A stretch of 64,000 nucleotides of DNA from Eledone cirrhosa (lineage: Eukaryota): the NCBI GenBank assembly GCA_964016885.1, contig OZ024742.1, positions 246,822,001 to 246,886,000 on the forward strand, in the 5' to 3' direction. Of the stretch, positions 43,320 through 57,050 are shown piece after piece (position 1 is the stretch's first letter; each line of letters starts with the position of its first letter). The notes beneath the pieces were generated by a model, which saw nothing but the letters and a program-made list of their open reading frames with translations, was not told the DNA's origin and ran no database searches. A program made the translations under genes and the position numbers.

Positions 43320-44605
43320 TACCCTGTGAGTACTCTCTATATCCTCGTGTCCTACACAATTTTGTGTCTCATCAACGTCAATATGGATTTATACTCCCTG
43401 AAGAACATTCCCAGTAGCTACCAACCTATCTAGCGTAGAGTTCCTAGGCATTAATTTTTACCTTCGCACACACACCTACAGACCCTTAAAAAAAAACTCA
43501 ATTACATTCACAAGGACTCATGCCACCCTCCCACTGTTTTTAGAAACTTCGTAAATAATATCAGTACTAGAATCTCAAACGTCTTCTCTAATAAGGCTAC
43601 CTTTGACAGAGGGGCAGCCTACTATAACACGGCGTTAGCTAACAGCGGCTTCTCGCAATCTATCACTTACTCGCCCACTAACAACAACAGCAATAAGAAA
43701 AGAAAGCGTAACAATAGACAAACTATCTGGTTATCCCCACCCTTTTCATTCATCGTTAAAACCAATGTAGGCAAAACATTTCTAGCCCTCTTAGATAGAC
43801 ACTTTCCAATAGGTCATAAATACCGATCCATCTTTAACCGACACAAAGTAAAACTAGGATACTCCTGTGCTAAGAACATGAAGGCCCACATCACCAACAG
43901 CCCTAAGAGCAACACCCCACCAGGGTGCTCTTGCCGTAAGCCCGAAGCTTTTCCCCTTCAACAGCAATGCAACACACCCGTTGTAGTTTATGAAGCTGTG
44001 GTCCCTTCCAACCGAGCAAATCAACCACAGGAGGTCAAATCCTATGTGGGTATAGCAGAGGGCCGATTTAAGGAACGCGTCCTGAACCACCAGGCGACAT
44101 TCAGGTACCCGGACAGACGTTAATCCACGAAACGCGCAAGCCACATATGGTCCCTGAAGGACTGAAGTATAAACTACTCCATTCAATGGAAAGCCATTAC
44201 TAAGTCCAAGTCATACGCAAGGGGTCGTGTGGACTATGTATTGATGAACGAATAAATATTCTAAAGATATTACACAATAGTGATTGCCTAATCTCGAGAA
44301 ATGAATTCTTCACAGGTTGTCCACACGTCTGGAAACACCTCCTACATAACTACAAAACTCCGGATTGAATTACAACAACATCCTAATTTTGTTATCAACT
44401 AGAACCTTTCGGACTTTCGCAGTTATCTCCCTTACACCTCTCGAACGCAATTTAGTATTGCGTGCGAGATCGTTTCTGCGCATGCGCATTCTTACGGTTT
44501 TCCTTCCTGTTACGTATAACCATGTCAGTAACGAGCTGAGGATCCGCTAAGGTGAAACAATTGTTCTCGGTATGGTGAACTAACTGTTGTGTAACCACTT
44601 CTATA
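43320..44605 (+). mobile_element. PLE (Naiad-type): ORF start fused to thumb/linker/GIY-YIG, plus 3' pLTR
   Basis: MDLYSLKNIP at 43383, then VEFLGINF..YRP, IWLSPPFS, CSCRKPEAFPLQQQC..VVYEA..YVGIAEGRFKERVLNH. A hammerhead lies at 44532. Confidence 0.85.
44532..44569 (+). ncRNA. Minimal type-I hammerhead in the PLE 3' pLTR
   Basis: cgag-CTGAGGA-tcc gctaa ggt-GAAA-caattg-TT-ctcg, with palindromic stem III CAATTG. Confidence 0.75.
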
Positions 44606-44979
44606 TATATATAATAACATTACTTTTTCTTCCACATTGACTTTTTACGTTCCACATTATGCACGTTTTTTTTTCCTTTTTTTCCTTTTTCTTTTTTCTT
44701 TTCACTTCTGTTTAACATGTGCGACACCACACTAATACATTTCACTATCATTTGATAATGCCTATAAATACTGAAACCGGTAATAAACAATAATTAAATA
44801 TATAAATAGATAAATAAATGCCATTGTTAAATAATAAATAAATCAACTAATACCTTAACACTTCACACAAAGTAAGACATTTCGTTTTAATCATTTTCTA
44901 ACCCAGAAAAAAGAGAGAGAGAAACAAAAAAGGAAAAAAAAATGTTTATTCTTCCTCATAATCGTCTCTTTCTCCCTGT

Positions 44980-45030
<51 letters not shown>

Positions 45031-46409
45031 GGAGGTGAGTTTTATTGTAGTACAATAAAGCAATGCAGATATCGGATAAGAAGCACTCTACAGTTTGTAG
45101 GTCTGGAGTATATATAATATATAAGAACAAAAGATGGTTAAAAGAGTTCCATGTATTTTATTATGCGCATTTCAAAAACAAATATCATCATGCAATAATA
45201 TTTGTGTTTTCATCAGATAAAACAGGAAGACATGATATGAAGGTTAAAAAACACTTGTGGATAGTGCAGTTTTAAATCAACATATGAAAAGTAGTTTTAG
45301 ATTGATGTGTGATATTGGGAAAAAAATATTTTATTTTGAGGGGAGGGGTTTGGAAAGGATGAAAGAGGAGGAGATGAGAGTAAAAAGTGGAGAGGGGGGA
45401 GTATAATGAGGAAGGATGAGATAGGAGGAGAGATGGGTGATAGAGAGAGAGAGAGATAGCTTTTATAATTGAGAAAAATATATTGTTTTACATAGAGAGG
45501 TTGAAAAACCGTTGGAAGATAATGTATAAATTAAAAGAATTTGAAAATTAACGAAGAGAAAAATAATGTAAAGTTAAGATTTGTATATTAAAGGGTTTAA
45601 TAATATGTACGATGAAAAGAAAATGTTAATATGTATTAAGAATAATATTTATTTAAGGGTTTAATAATATGTGCGATGGAAAGAAAATGTTAATATGTAT
45701 TAAGAATAATATTTATTTAAGGGTTTAATAATATGTGCGATGGAAAGAAAATGTTAATATGTATTATTAAAAAGAACAACAAGTAATTTAAGTAAGGATA
45801 TATTGTGAGATGAGCATGAATAAGTTAGATGAAAGGGAGAAAAAAATAATGAATTGAGGATGAATAATCTAACGTCAAAAAAAATGTTTATGTTTACGAA
45901 GGATTTTTACAAGGTGATATAGAGTAAGAATGTATTGTGTTATGTAATAATTGTTTCTATGTTAGGCAACAGTGAGAAAAGGTACAGATTAGGGGTTAGA
46001 CATTAAAAGAAAAAGAGAAGAAAGGGAAGTGATAAATAGGAGTGAGTAACAAGTATTATATAATGTATAATAAATAACTTTGAAATAAGGTAGAAAGATG
46101 GGTATATTTTTAAAGAAGTATATATATATATATGTGCCTTTGAGAAAAAGATTCTAAATTGATAAAGTTTTGGATATTAGCTGTATACTTTGTGGAATGT
46201 TTTGTGGAATTTATGCAAGCAGATAGAAAACAAGTCAGTGCGTCTATTTATTATAGAATCTAAATTAGATATCATGGTAAATATTTCATTTAGACAAAGA
46301 TTGCAAATCTTGGATAGAGAACTGTTCAAGTATGAAGACGCAGAAGAAACCTTCTTCCAAAAGATGCTATATTTAATATTTTTGTCTTTCAAGGACCATA
46401 TGATTTCTG

Positions 46410-48021
46410 AGATATTGCCAGCTACTATTCTTCTATTTCGCCTTCACTTCTCAATAATGCTCTATCTTTCGCACTTAAATATTCTGACATCACCACAGAT
46501 GAACTTCACATCATTCTCACCACACGTAAAACCATTCTAGAGTTCAACAATGAATATTGGACCAGAGCCGACACCTCTAATAACTTCGACATCACAATGG
46601 GAGCATCCGATTCATCCCAATTGACAGATTTAATTGGTATCATTATTTTGAACTCTTTGAGTCGGAAAATTCCTCAACTTCGCGGTGGAATTTATCGTGA
46701 CGATGGACTCTTTACTATCTTAAATTGCAACATAGTTAACTTTAATATTAAGAACAATATACGTAATCTCTTTAACCAACATAACCTAAAAATTGAATTT
46801 GATCACAGCATCAAACTAGCTAATTTCTTCGATGTATCTCTTAATCTTGACACTGGCCTATATTACCCTTACCATAAAAACAATGAGAACCTAAATTATG
46901 TTAATTTTACATCTAACCATCCTACTAATATCAAGAATGCTATAGTTAGTAATATTGGAAAAAGAATATCTAACCTATCTTCTAATAAAAACATCTTTGA
47001 TGCTAACGCCAATTACTATAATAATGCGCTTTCTAAAGCCGGCTATCCTGATAAAATCAAATATAGTAAAGAAACAAATTCTAGAAGATCTTACAGTAGA
47101 ATAATTAATCATGATCATTCCAATAACTTTAATAAAAGACCTAGATACAAAAACATAATCTGGTATAATGCTCCTTTCTCCATCTCTATTAATAATAATA
47201 TTCCTAAATTATTCTTTAGTGCCTTAAATAAATGCTTCCCTCCCTCACATATCTATAGTAAAATATTTAACAAACACACTATAAAATTTTCCTATTCAAC
47301 ATCCTCCAACATTTCCAACATTATCTCTAAACACAACAATAAAATACTAAATACTAAATCTCTTCCTTCCAACACTGAATATCATAATAATAGTAATAGT
47401 ACTCCCGACGTCATTGTAAACCCTAGGCTAATTTCTGCAAACCCAAATACAACGTCAAACACAACTTCGCTAAATATTCTTAATCCCATTCTAAATCAAG
47501 AAACTATTATTCCTATCGCAAATAACTTCTCCAATCCAATTCCTTCTATAGATAACACTAGGTCACTCGTTAATAATCTCTCTAATCGCAATTACAATTG
47601 CCCTGTTAAAAATAAATGTCCTCTCAACAACCATTGTCTTGATAAAAACTTAATTTACGAATGTAAAGTTATAACTGACACCAATTCCTTCACCTATTTT
47701 GGCTCCACTTCCACCCCCTTTAAAGCTCGTCTTTATAACCATCATTCGTCTTTTAAATACAAACTTAAAAGAACCAACACGGCTCTCTCAGAACTCATAT
47801 GGTCCTTGAAAGACAAAAATATTAAATATAGCATCTTTTGGAAGAAGGTTTCTTCTGCTTTTCCATACTTGAACAGTTCTCTATCCAAGATTTGCAATCT
47901 CTGTCTAAATGAAAAATATACCAATATATCTAATTTAGATTCTATAATAAATAGACGCACTGACTTATTTTCTATCTGCTTGCATAAATTCCACAAGACA
48001 TTCCACAAAGTATACAGCTAA
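46410..48021 (+). pseudogene. PLE RT (from motif A onward) + Cys linker + GIY-YIG endonuclease, 5'-truncated
   Basis: DIASYYSSIS (46410), MGASDSSQLTDLIG, YRDDGL, FFDVSLNL, SNHP, IIWYNAPFS, NCPVKNKCPLNNHCL..LIYEC..YFGSTSTPFKARLYNH..CNLCLNEK..CLH. The frame 46597-48021 is open for 474 aa. Confidence 0.9.
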
Positions 48022-48908
48022 TATCCAAAACTTTATCAATTTAGAATCTTTTTCTCAAAGGCACACATATATATATATATACTTCTTTAAAAATATACCC
48101 ATCTTTCTACCTTATTTCAAAGTTATTTATTATACATTATATAATACTTGTTACTCACTCCTATTTATCACTTCCCTTTCTTCTCTTTTTCTTTTAATGT
48201 CTAACCCCTAATCTGTACCTTTTCTCACTGTTGCCTAACATAGAAACAATTATTACATAATACAATACATTCTTACTCTATATCACCTTGTAAAAATCCT
48301 TCGTAAACATAAACATTTTTTTTGACGTTAGATTATTCATCCTCAATTCATTATTTTTTCTCCCTTTCATCTAACTTATTCATGCTCATCTCACAATATA
48401 TCCTTACTTAAATTACTTGTTCTTTTTAATAATACATATTAACATTTTCTTTCCATCGCACATATTATTAAACCCTTAAATAAATATTATTCTTAATACA
48501 TATTAACATTTTCTCTTCATCGCACATATTATTAAACCCTTCAATATACAAATCTTAACTTTACATTATTTTTCTCTTCGTTAATTTTCAAATTCTTTTA
48601 ATTTATACATTATCTTCCAACGGTTTTTCAACCTCTCTATGTAAAACAATATATTTTTCTCAGTTATAAAAGCTATCTCTCTCTCTCTATCAGCCATCTC
48701 TCCTCCTATCTCATCCTTCCTCATTATACTCCTCCCTCTCCACTTTTTACTCTCATCTCCTCCTCTTTCATTCTTTCCACCCCCCCTCCCCCCAAAATAA
48801 AATATTTTTTTCCCAACATCACACATCAATCTAAAACTACTTTTCATATGTTGATTTAAAACTGCACTATCCACAAGTGTTTTTTAATCTTCATATCATG
48901 TCTTCCTG

Positions 48909-48975
48909 TTTTATCTGATGAAAACACAAATATTATTGCATGATGATATTTGTTTTTGAAATGCGCATAATAAAA
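48909..48975 (+). ncRNA. Type-I hammerhead with long stem II (mirror copy at ~45156-45222)
   Basis: ttttat-CTGATGA-aaacacaaatat..atatttgttttt-GAAA-tgcgca-TA-ataaaa. Confidence 0.78.
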
Positions 48976-49007
48976 TACATGGAACTCTTTTAACCATCTT
49001 TTGTTCT

Positions 49008-49058
<51 letters not shown>

Positions 49059-49530
49059 AATATATATATATATGTGTACATATATATATATTTATATACA
49101 GATATATAAATGAGTTGTGGGCTAAACATTCGTAGTATACAATAAAGTTAAATCTGTATATATAGAGTACTGTGTAAATGTGTATACACATTTAGAGAAT
49201 GAGTATCGAGTTTATGTATTTCCCTGTGAATTGAAAAATTAACTACCAACATGAACGTTAATAATATAAACATTTGTACATCTATTTCAGTGATACTACT
49301 ATAAGTGAAAGAATATATAAGATTTTCTCTTACGTATTTCCGTATGTTTGTATAGCTGATGAACATATCTTCTACTGAGAACTCAAAAAATCTATTAAAT
49401 ATACTTGTATTGTTTTAATTTACAGGGAAATATGTGAATTTGGCATGGTTACATATCTACACACTATCTGTAAATTTATATGCACATTTACGAAGTCTAG
49501 GTTTATCAACCTACCTACCTGTTTATTCAT

Positions 49531-49619
<89 letters not shown>

Positions 49620-49620
<1 letters not shown>

Positions 49621-51068
49621 GTCGGACGTTGGACGGAAGGACCGATAAAGCTGCTCGGGGTCTGGTTTGGTCCTGACCTCCAGGTGGAGAAGAACTGGAA
49701 CGAGGTGACGGCCAATGTGTTTGCGCTCACCCAGAAGTGGGCCGAGTGCAAACTATCCTTGAAAGGTCGAGTGGAGATGGCGAACACTTTTATAGCGTCC
49801 GTCATCTACTACCGCTTGACCGTTGTGCCTTGTCCAGCCAAAACGCTCACCAAAATGGAGCACGCGCTCTTCCAATTCCTTTGAAAGAAACGGGCTCCTT
49901 TGGTGAGAAGATCCATCTGCTGCCAACACCCTTCAAACGGAGGGCTGGAGATGCCGTGGCTGACGATGCGCAAACACGCGCTCAGGCTGCGGCACCTCCA
50001 CGTATTCCTCACCAGAGAACCGGTGTCGGCCCCGTTCGTGAGACGAGCTTTCCCACGACTCGTCTCGCTGACCGAGCTGCAGTCTTGGGTCAAGCAAAGA
50101 CTGAGGAAAATGGGCGACTGGTACCTGGAATGTGCTCAGGTGCTCACAGTCCTCTGGCAAACGGACCCGGCAATCAGTGGAGACTCCACTTCGACATTCT
50201 ATAGAGGGTTGGTCTGCAGCAAGTGCGATGACACGCTCGGAGAAACTCTTGGCGTAGAGGAGGACGAACTGGCCAGTCTGTTCGGAAGGACCTTCCGCCC
50301 GGGACCAATGGACAACTTCCAAAAGTCCCTGGCCTGGCAGTGCTACCGAGGAGCTATACCAGTTCGAGACAAGCTCTACAGACACGGGCGCCCGGGTAGG
50401 GACCCTTCGAAAAAGATCTGTCCGAGATGCGTGCGCGACGAGGAAACCGTCGCACACGCATTTGTACACTGCCCGGGCGTTACCGACGTGTGGGGCTATG
50501 TAGAACGACTATTGTCGCGGGTGGGACCAATCCAGTTGACCACCGAGTCCATTGTCATGATCAAACCGCCACCCTCCTTCAAATACGAGGGTGAGGCGGT
50601 TTTCCTATGTGTTATGGCTATGGTGAAAGAGGTTATATGGTGGACGAGGTTAAAAGGGCTGAGGTCAGACACCTTTCTCTCCGGCGAGCAACTGATTCGT
50701 TTTTTCAAATATCATTTTGTAAGAAGAATCAGGATGAAGAGAGAGGTGCTGTACCCCAGCAAATTTTATAAAAGGTGGGTGAATGTGGCAAAGATGGCCC
50801 GAGTGGTTGGGCCTTCTCTCTATATAAACCTGTAGATTGAGGAAAAAGAGGAAGAGAGGAAGGGAGTACTCACTCTTGGTGCCCCTGGAGATGAGCGTTG
50901 TACATTTTTTCGGGGTGTGTTCAACCCCTGTGTAAGACCTCTCCCCTATTGGGGATATCAATTGTTATTTGTTATTGTATTAATAGTTTTATTTTCATAT
51001 ACCTGTATGTAAACTCCCCATTTGTATTTGTCCCCTTCTTTTGTGCCCTTGTGGCTAATAAAGAAATT
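49620..51068 (+). mobile_element. L1/Tx1-like LINE, 5'-truncated copy 1, embedded in (TCTA)n
   Basis: Paralogous to 55835-57282: GGLEMP, zf-RVT-like CPRC..ETVAHAFVHC, and a 3' UTR with AATAAA followed by TATC repeats. Confidence 0.9.
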
Positions 51069-51223
51069 TATCTATCTATCCATCTATCTATCTATCGAAC
51101 TATCTATCCATCTATCTATCTATCTATCTAACTATCTAACTATCTATCCATCTATCTATCTATCGAACTATCTATCCATCTATCTATCTATCTAACTATC
51201 TATCTAACTATCTATCTATCTAT

Positions 51224-51600
51224 CCTTTTTTTCAAATACCACTTTGGAAGAAGAATCAGGATGGAGAGAGAGGTGCTGTACCCCAGCAAGTTTTATGAAA
51301 GGTGGGTGAAAGTGGCGAGAATGGCCCGAGTGAATGGGCCTTCTCTCTATATCAGCCTGTAGATTGAGGAAAAGGAGGAGGAGAGGAAAGGAGTACAAGC
51401 TCTTCGTACTCCTGGAGATGAGGGTTGCACATTTTTTCGGGGGTATGTGTTACCCATATAAACTGTCTCCCTCTATTGGGGAAAATCGACTAACTTTTAA
51501 ATTCCATCTGTGATAACATTTTACACGTTTTTATTGTATGTAAACTTCCCCCTTTGTATTTGTCCCCTTCTTTTGTGCCCCTGTGGCTAATAAAGAAATA
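51224..51600 (+). mobile_element. L1/Tx1-like LINE, short 3' fragment (copy 2), embedded in (TCTA)n
   Basis: FFKYHFGRRIRMEREVL..GPSLYISL*, plus the same 3' UTR. Confidence 0.9.
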
Positions 51601-51819
51601 TATCTATCTATCTATCTTGATAGAGTAAGACACGCTTCACATCGGCTCCACTATTCCATCGGGATTTACCCTTACTATTGTAAGTACCGGATAAATTTTT
51701 CAGCGCAACGCATTTGGAACACTAACCCCTGTTATTTAGGGAAACATTTTTGCATTTACCCCCTTTTTAGGGGGTAAAATAAATATCTAATTTTGCCGAA
51801 AAATTTCGTTCTTGGCAGC

Positions 51820-53606
51820 ATGGCGGAAAAGATGGCAGACATGTCTGCCATTAGCTCTGCCACGCCCCCCAAGTCTGAAGAACAAAAAATAATTACAACA
51901 AAATTAGACAACGAAACAAACAAAGAAAATGAAAAAACAAATGTTAAGGAAAATGAGCAAACGGAAAACAAACAAACAGAAAATAATACATATAACAACA
52001 GGGCAACTTTCGCCCAGAAAACAAAACAATCCATCACATACACAGCAATTGACCTAACGGCCGCCAGAGAAAAACTGGCCGAAGCAAAGAAACACATTGT
52101 TTTGGGGGAAAACGGAATGTTTTCCATTAACCCCCCCCCCCCCCCCAGAATTCAAGAAAGCGAGAACAGAGAACACAGTTCTCTTCAGAACAATCCTAAA
52201 CCAAACAAGAAAGCCAGCACAGCCCAGCCAAATGGAGATAGAGTTGGTCCTAAAAGACTATATGAAGAATATTCTCTTCATACGAAAGGACCGACTCTAT
52301 GGCAGCATTTCGGTCCTAACAAAAGACAAGGAAACGGCGGAGAAGCTTTCCATAAGCCCACTCTCATCGACAACATACAGCTTCTATCCCTCCTACATGG
52401 GTAGAAGAACACAGAGAGTAAAAATACAAACAATGCTGCCCACAATGGACTTCTGGTGGGCTATTGCTGGCTTCATAGATATGGGCGAAGACACAATGCT
52501 GTCAATGGGGAAGGCAACTGGAGATGCGTTCCTGGGAATGGGCCTCGAAATACTAGTCCAAATGAGGCCCGAAAGAATAGCACAAATCCCGGATCGCATC
52601 TGGCTGGATGACCTTACCCCAATAGACATAATTGTAGAGGGGAGAAGACCAGCATGCTATTTATGCATGGAAAGGGGACACGTTAAGGCTAACTGCCCGA
52701 AACGTATCCCCCAAAAAGGACTATTGCCCACACCCACCACAAACAGTACACCAACACCACCCACCTCCAAAAATACACTAATACCACACACAGCAAACAA
52801 AATACAAACACCACCAAGCACAACACAAACATCACCACCACCATCACCACCACCACCATTACCAACCACAAGCACGACACAAACAGCACCACCACCACCA
52901 CAAAACGTATTCCAAACAAATAATAAAAAAAACAGCAACAAATCTACCCCTCCCGCAAAAAAAAAACAACCAGACACGACGTCCCTCCCACCTAGCGCTG
53001 AAGAGTTTCCCCCAACTTCTGAAGAAGAAGGAGGAGAAGCTTTCAGACAAGTTAAAAGAAAAAAAAGAAAGCACACACCCAGCTAACCACAAATAACCCA
53101 CACACAAACACCAACTCCAATAAAAAACACCCCACCCTCAACAAAAAAAATAAATCTGCGCCTCCCCTCTCCGAAACATTGACAGCATCACAAACAAAGA
53201 CATTGCAATACACATATATAAATAAAGAAAACAAAAAACTGTTTAAATTAATAAACAATAGCCCTTTGGTGCAGACCGAAGGGCCAAACTTTATCTCAAC
53301 AGAGAACTTCACCCATTTAAAAATGATAAAGGTCCCTCTGGACCTTTATCGTTCCTTAAAAGAACAATTTAGACAGGACGTGAGCCCCCCCCCCCCTGTT
53401 TAAAACCGTTAAATCGCGTCCTCTTGAAATATTTCCCCATAACCTCCCCTCTCCCTGACACAACTCCAAACACCCCAACCCAACCACACTCGGGCACCCC
53501 CACACCACCACAAAACATCCCTCCACCCAACACACCTGACGCCATGGAAATTACACAACCCGGAGAGGTAAGTGCTTTTCTTTCTTCACTTTCAACACCA
53601 AAATAG
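51820..53606 (+). pseudogene. LINE ORF1 (gag-like; CCHC zinc knuckle, Pro/Thr-rich tail), frameshifted
   Basis: Knuckle CYLCMERGHVKANC. Frameshifts occur at poly-C runs (52131-52146, ~53385-53396), with a stop at 53084. Confidence 0.75.
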
Positions 53607-56600
53607 ATCAATTGAGAGTTGGCTGTTTGAACGCGCGTGGCCTGGGCTCAGCTTGGAAGCAAGCAAAGCTACTAAGTGACCTCAGGTCACGAAGTATAGA
53701 TGTGATGGTTGTTTGCGACAGTCGGATCAGCAGCGTGCGACAGCTGGCTCCGGCCTTCGATGACTTTGAGATGCACGCATCTCTCTGTCAACCCGGAGGC
53801 GGAGGGGGGGGGAGTTGCCGTACTGCTGGATAAACGTCTGGCTCTCGACGTACAGATTGTTCACTCGGACCCGGGGGGGGGGGGGGTCGATTACTGGTGC
53901 TGGACGTCGGAGGCGGTGAAGGCGGGGCTTTCAGACTGGTCGGTCTTTATGCCCCCTTCGGGGCTGAAAGAGCCGACTTCCTCCAGCGTCTGGAGACTTT
54001 TCTAGGAACGTCGCGTTCCCTGCTTTTAGTGGGGGACTGGAATGGAATCCTAGATGCGCGTTGGGATTATGCAGGGGCATGTCCCGATAGAGGGGGGTGT
54101 AGCAGCCTCAAGGGGTTACTCGATCGATTCGACCTGGTCGATAGATTTCGACTAGATTGTCCAACTGCGCCAACCTGGACCTGGGCAAACCGCAGTGGAC
54201 AATCTAGATCGTACCTACATAGGTTTTTGGTTAGGAGTAAGGATAGGGACGTATTTAGTTGTCCAGAATTGATTATGGTTGGCTATTCAGATCACAAATT
54301 AGTGACCTGCGTGGTCAACCTTGATTGAACACATAGACAGGGTCCCGGTTACTGGAAGATGAACTTGTCCTTGCCGGCAAAGAAAGATTACAGGAACCGG
54401 ATTAGTAGCTTAGTTAAGATGCGGCTGACGGGAGCGATCGTCAACAGTAGGTGGTGGGTATCTCTAAAGAGAGAGTTTAGAGTAAGTTCGATAGGTTACA
54501 GTAAGGAACTAGCGGCGAATAGAAATAGGAAGGAAAGGGAGTTAACAGATAAACTAGAAGAGGCGATTAGGAGCGGAGACGTAGCCAGAGTGTTAGCGGC
54601 GAGAACGGCGTTGAGCCAGTTCTTTGACGCGAAGCACGAAGGCTGCGTTGTCCGAAGTAAAATACGTGCTTTAGGAAACGAGGGGACCAAAGCTGTTAGC
54701 TGGGCCCGCGTGACAGAAGCCAAGAGTGGGATTAAATCCACCATTCGGTCTTTGCGAGACCAGGATGGACGGGTGATCCTTGAACCTGAGCGGATGTGCG
54801 AGGCCTTTCAAAGGCACTTTGCTCGACTGTTCGGAGGGGGCAGGGGGCCGGACGGGGATGTGGTCTTCGGTCCATACCTCGACGGTCTATCGCGTCTTTC
54901 GAGCGGCGAAGCGGAGTGCTGCGAAAGGCCAATCACAGCCACTGAAATCGGGGAAGCGCTCAGCCAATGCAGCAGACGCAAATCTCCGGGTCTCGATGGT
55001 CTACCATACGAACTTTATCTAGCTATGCCGGTCTTGTTCTGCGAACTCCTCGAGGCTGTCTATTGCAACTGGCAACAGAACGGGAGAATTCCCTGTTCTG
55101 TGACCACGGGCGTGGTCACGCTAGTGAGGAAGGACGAGAGCAAGGGGGACGACTTAAGTATCTTTAGGCCCATAACTCTGCTGAATGCAGAGTTACAGAT
55201 TTTGGCCAATGTGTGCGAAGAGGTTGGCGCTTGTGGTGGGTGGTTTGGTGGGAGACGCGCAGACATGCGCTATCCCGTCCAGGTTCATTCACGACAACCT
55301 CTACCTCATGCGATACTTCATAGAGAGGGTTGGCAACGAACCCGGCTTTGGTGGGGCCCTGATCAACTTGGATCAATCTAAGGCGTTCGATAGGGTCGAC
55401 CATGGTTACCTGGATGCGGTGCTAGCGGCGGCGGGCTTCGGACCCGTTTTCAGGGGCTGGATTTCTGCCATGCACAGTGGCAACATCTACTCTAGGATTA
55501 AAGTAAACGGCTACCTCTCGGAGCCGTTTCAAATCACCCGGTCCATCAGACAGGGGTGCCCCCTCTCCTCCCTTCTGTACGTATTGACTCTCGAGCCACT
55601 GCTGCGGAAGTTGGAGTTGCTGCGGGGCATACCCCTGGAACCGGGATTGCACAAAGCGGTCTCGGCCTATGCCGACGACGTAACAGTAATGGTGGCGGAC
55701 GCCTCGGAAATCGGGGCGATCGCCACCCTACTGGATGAATACGAAAGGCTGACGGGGGCTAGGCTGAACCAGGACAAGTCAGTCGGTTTGCAACTCGGAA
55801 CGTGGAGGGGCAAACCGATGCCGTTAGACGGTGTCGTCGGGCGGTGGACGGGGGGTCCGGTGAAACTGCTCGGGGTCTGGTTCGGACCGGACCTCCAGGT
55901 GGAGAAGAATTGGGGCGAGGTGACGAGCAGGGTGTTTGCGCTGACCCAGAAGTGGGCCAAATGCAAACTATCACTGAAAGGTCGGGCGGAGGTGACGAAC
56001 GCTTCCATAGCGTCCGTCATCTGCTACCGCCTGACCGTCGTGCCTTGCCCCAAGGAAAAGCTCACCATCATGGAACGCATGCTCTTCCAGTTCCTCTGGA
56101 AGAAGCGGCCTCCTATGGTGAGGAGATCCATCTGCTGCCAGCACCCTTCGAAAGGAGGGCTGGCTATGCCGTGGCTGTTGATGCGTAGGCACGCATTGAG
56201 GCTACGGCATCTACAGGTATTCCTCAACGGTCAGCCGGTGTGGGCCCCGTTTGTGAGGCGAGCCTTCCCACAGCTCGTCTCGCTCACCGAACTGCAATCC
56301 TGGGTGAAGCAAAGACCGAGAAAACTGGGCAACTGGCACACCGAGTGTGCCCAGGCGCTCACGGCTATCTGGCAAGCGGACCCGACTATCAGTGGAGAAT
56401 CCACCTCGACATTCTATAGAGGGTTGGTGGCTAGCAAGGGCGACGACACCCTTGGAGAGTCGCTAGGCATGGAGGAGGACGAACTGGCCAGCCTGTTCGG
56501 TAGAACTTTCGGCCCGGGACCCATGGACAACTTCCAGAGGTCCCTAGCCTGGCAGTGTTACCGGGGGGCTCTGCCCGTTCGAGAAAAGCTCTACAGACAC

Positions 56601-57050
56601 GGGCGCCCGGGCAGGGATCCCGCGAAAAAGATCTGTCCCAGATGCGTGCGCGACGAGGAAACCGTTGCGCATGCACTGGTACACTGCCCGGGCGTTGCCG
56701 ATCTGTGGGGCTACGTCGAACGACTGCTGTCGCGTGTGGCGCCGATTCGATTAACCGCCGAGTCTGTGGTGAACATCAAGCCGCCTCCTCCCTTCAGAAA
56801 TGAAGCAGAGGCGGTCTTTCTGTGCGTAATAGCCATGATGAAAGAGGTTGTGTGGTGGACGCGCCTGAAAGGTCTGAGGTCGGGTGACTTTCTCTCCGGC
56901 CATCACCTGGTTTACTTCTTCCGATACCACTTCGGAAGAAGGATCAGGATGGAGAGAGAAGTGCTTGGCCCCAGACAGTTTTATGAAAGGTGGGTGAAAG
57001 AAGCGAGAATGGCCCGTGTAAATGGGCCTTCTCTCTACATTGTTCTGTAG
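53603..57050 (+). pseudogene. LINE ORF2: APE endonuclease + RT + C-terminal Cys/His (zf-RVT-like) domain
   Basis: CLNARGL, LYAP, VGDWN, SYLHRF, YSDH, GPGYWKMN, KSPGLDGLP, FRPITLLN, LDQSKAFDRV, IRQGCPLS, AYADD, GGLAMP, CPRC..ETVAHALVHC. Lesions: poly-G frameshifts, TGA at 54326, frameshift at ~55212. Confidence 0.92.

Larger units (their letters stand above)
45028..49015 (+). mobile_element. PLE (Naiad-type) with an inverted 5' copy of its 3' end; arms ~45110-46411 (-) and ~47787-49015 (+); flanked by (TA)n
   Basis: The ~1.25-kb arms are reverse complements with scattered differences, and the ORF lies between and into them. Each arm carries a hammerhead. Confidence 0.9.

Noticed and set aside
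43878-48021. Selenocysteine-recoding PLE (in-frame UGA at Cys positions plus SECIS)
   Set aside because: The Cys motifs use normal Cys codons, the stops seen are not at conserved Cys sites, and I found no convincing SECIS.
53568-53606. GTAAGT...TAG mini-intron that could fuse LINE ORF1 to ORF2
   Set aside because: It is only 39 nt, and splicing gives GAG-ATC-AAT-TGA (a stop) rather than the ORF2 frame.
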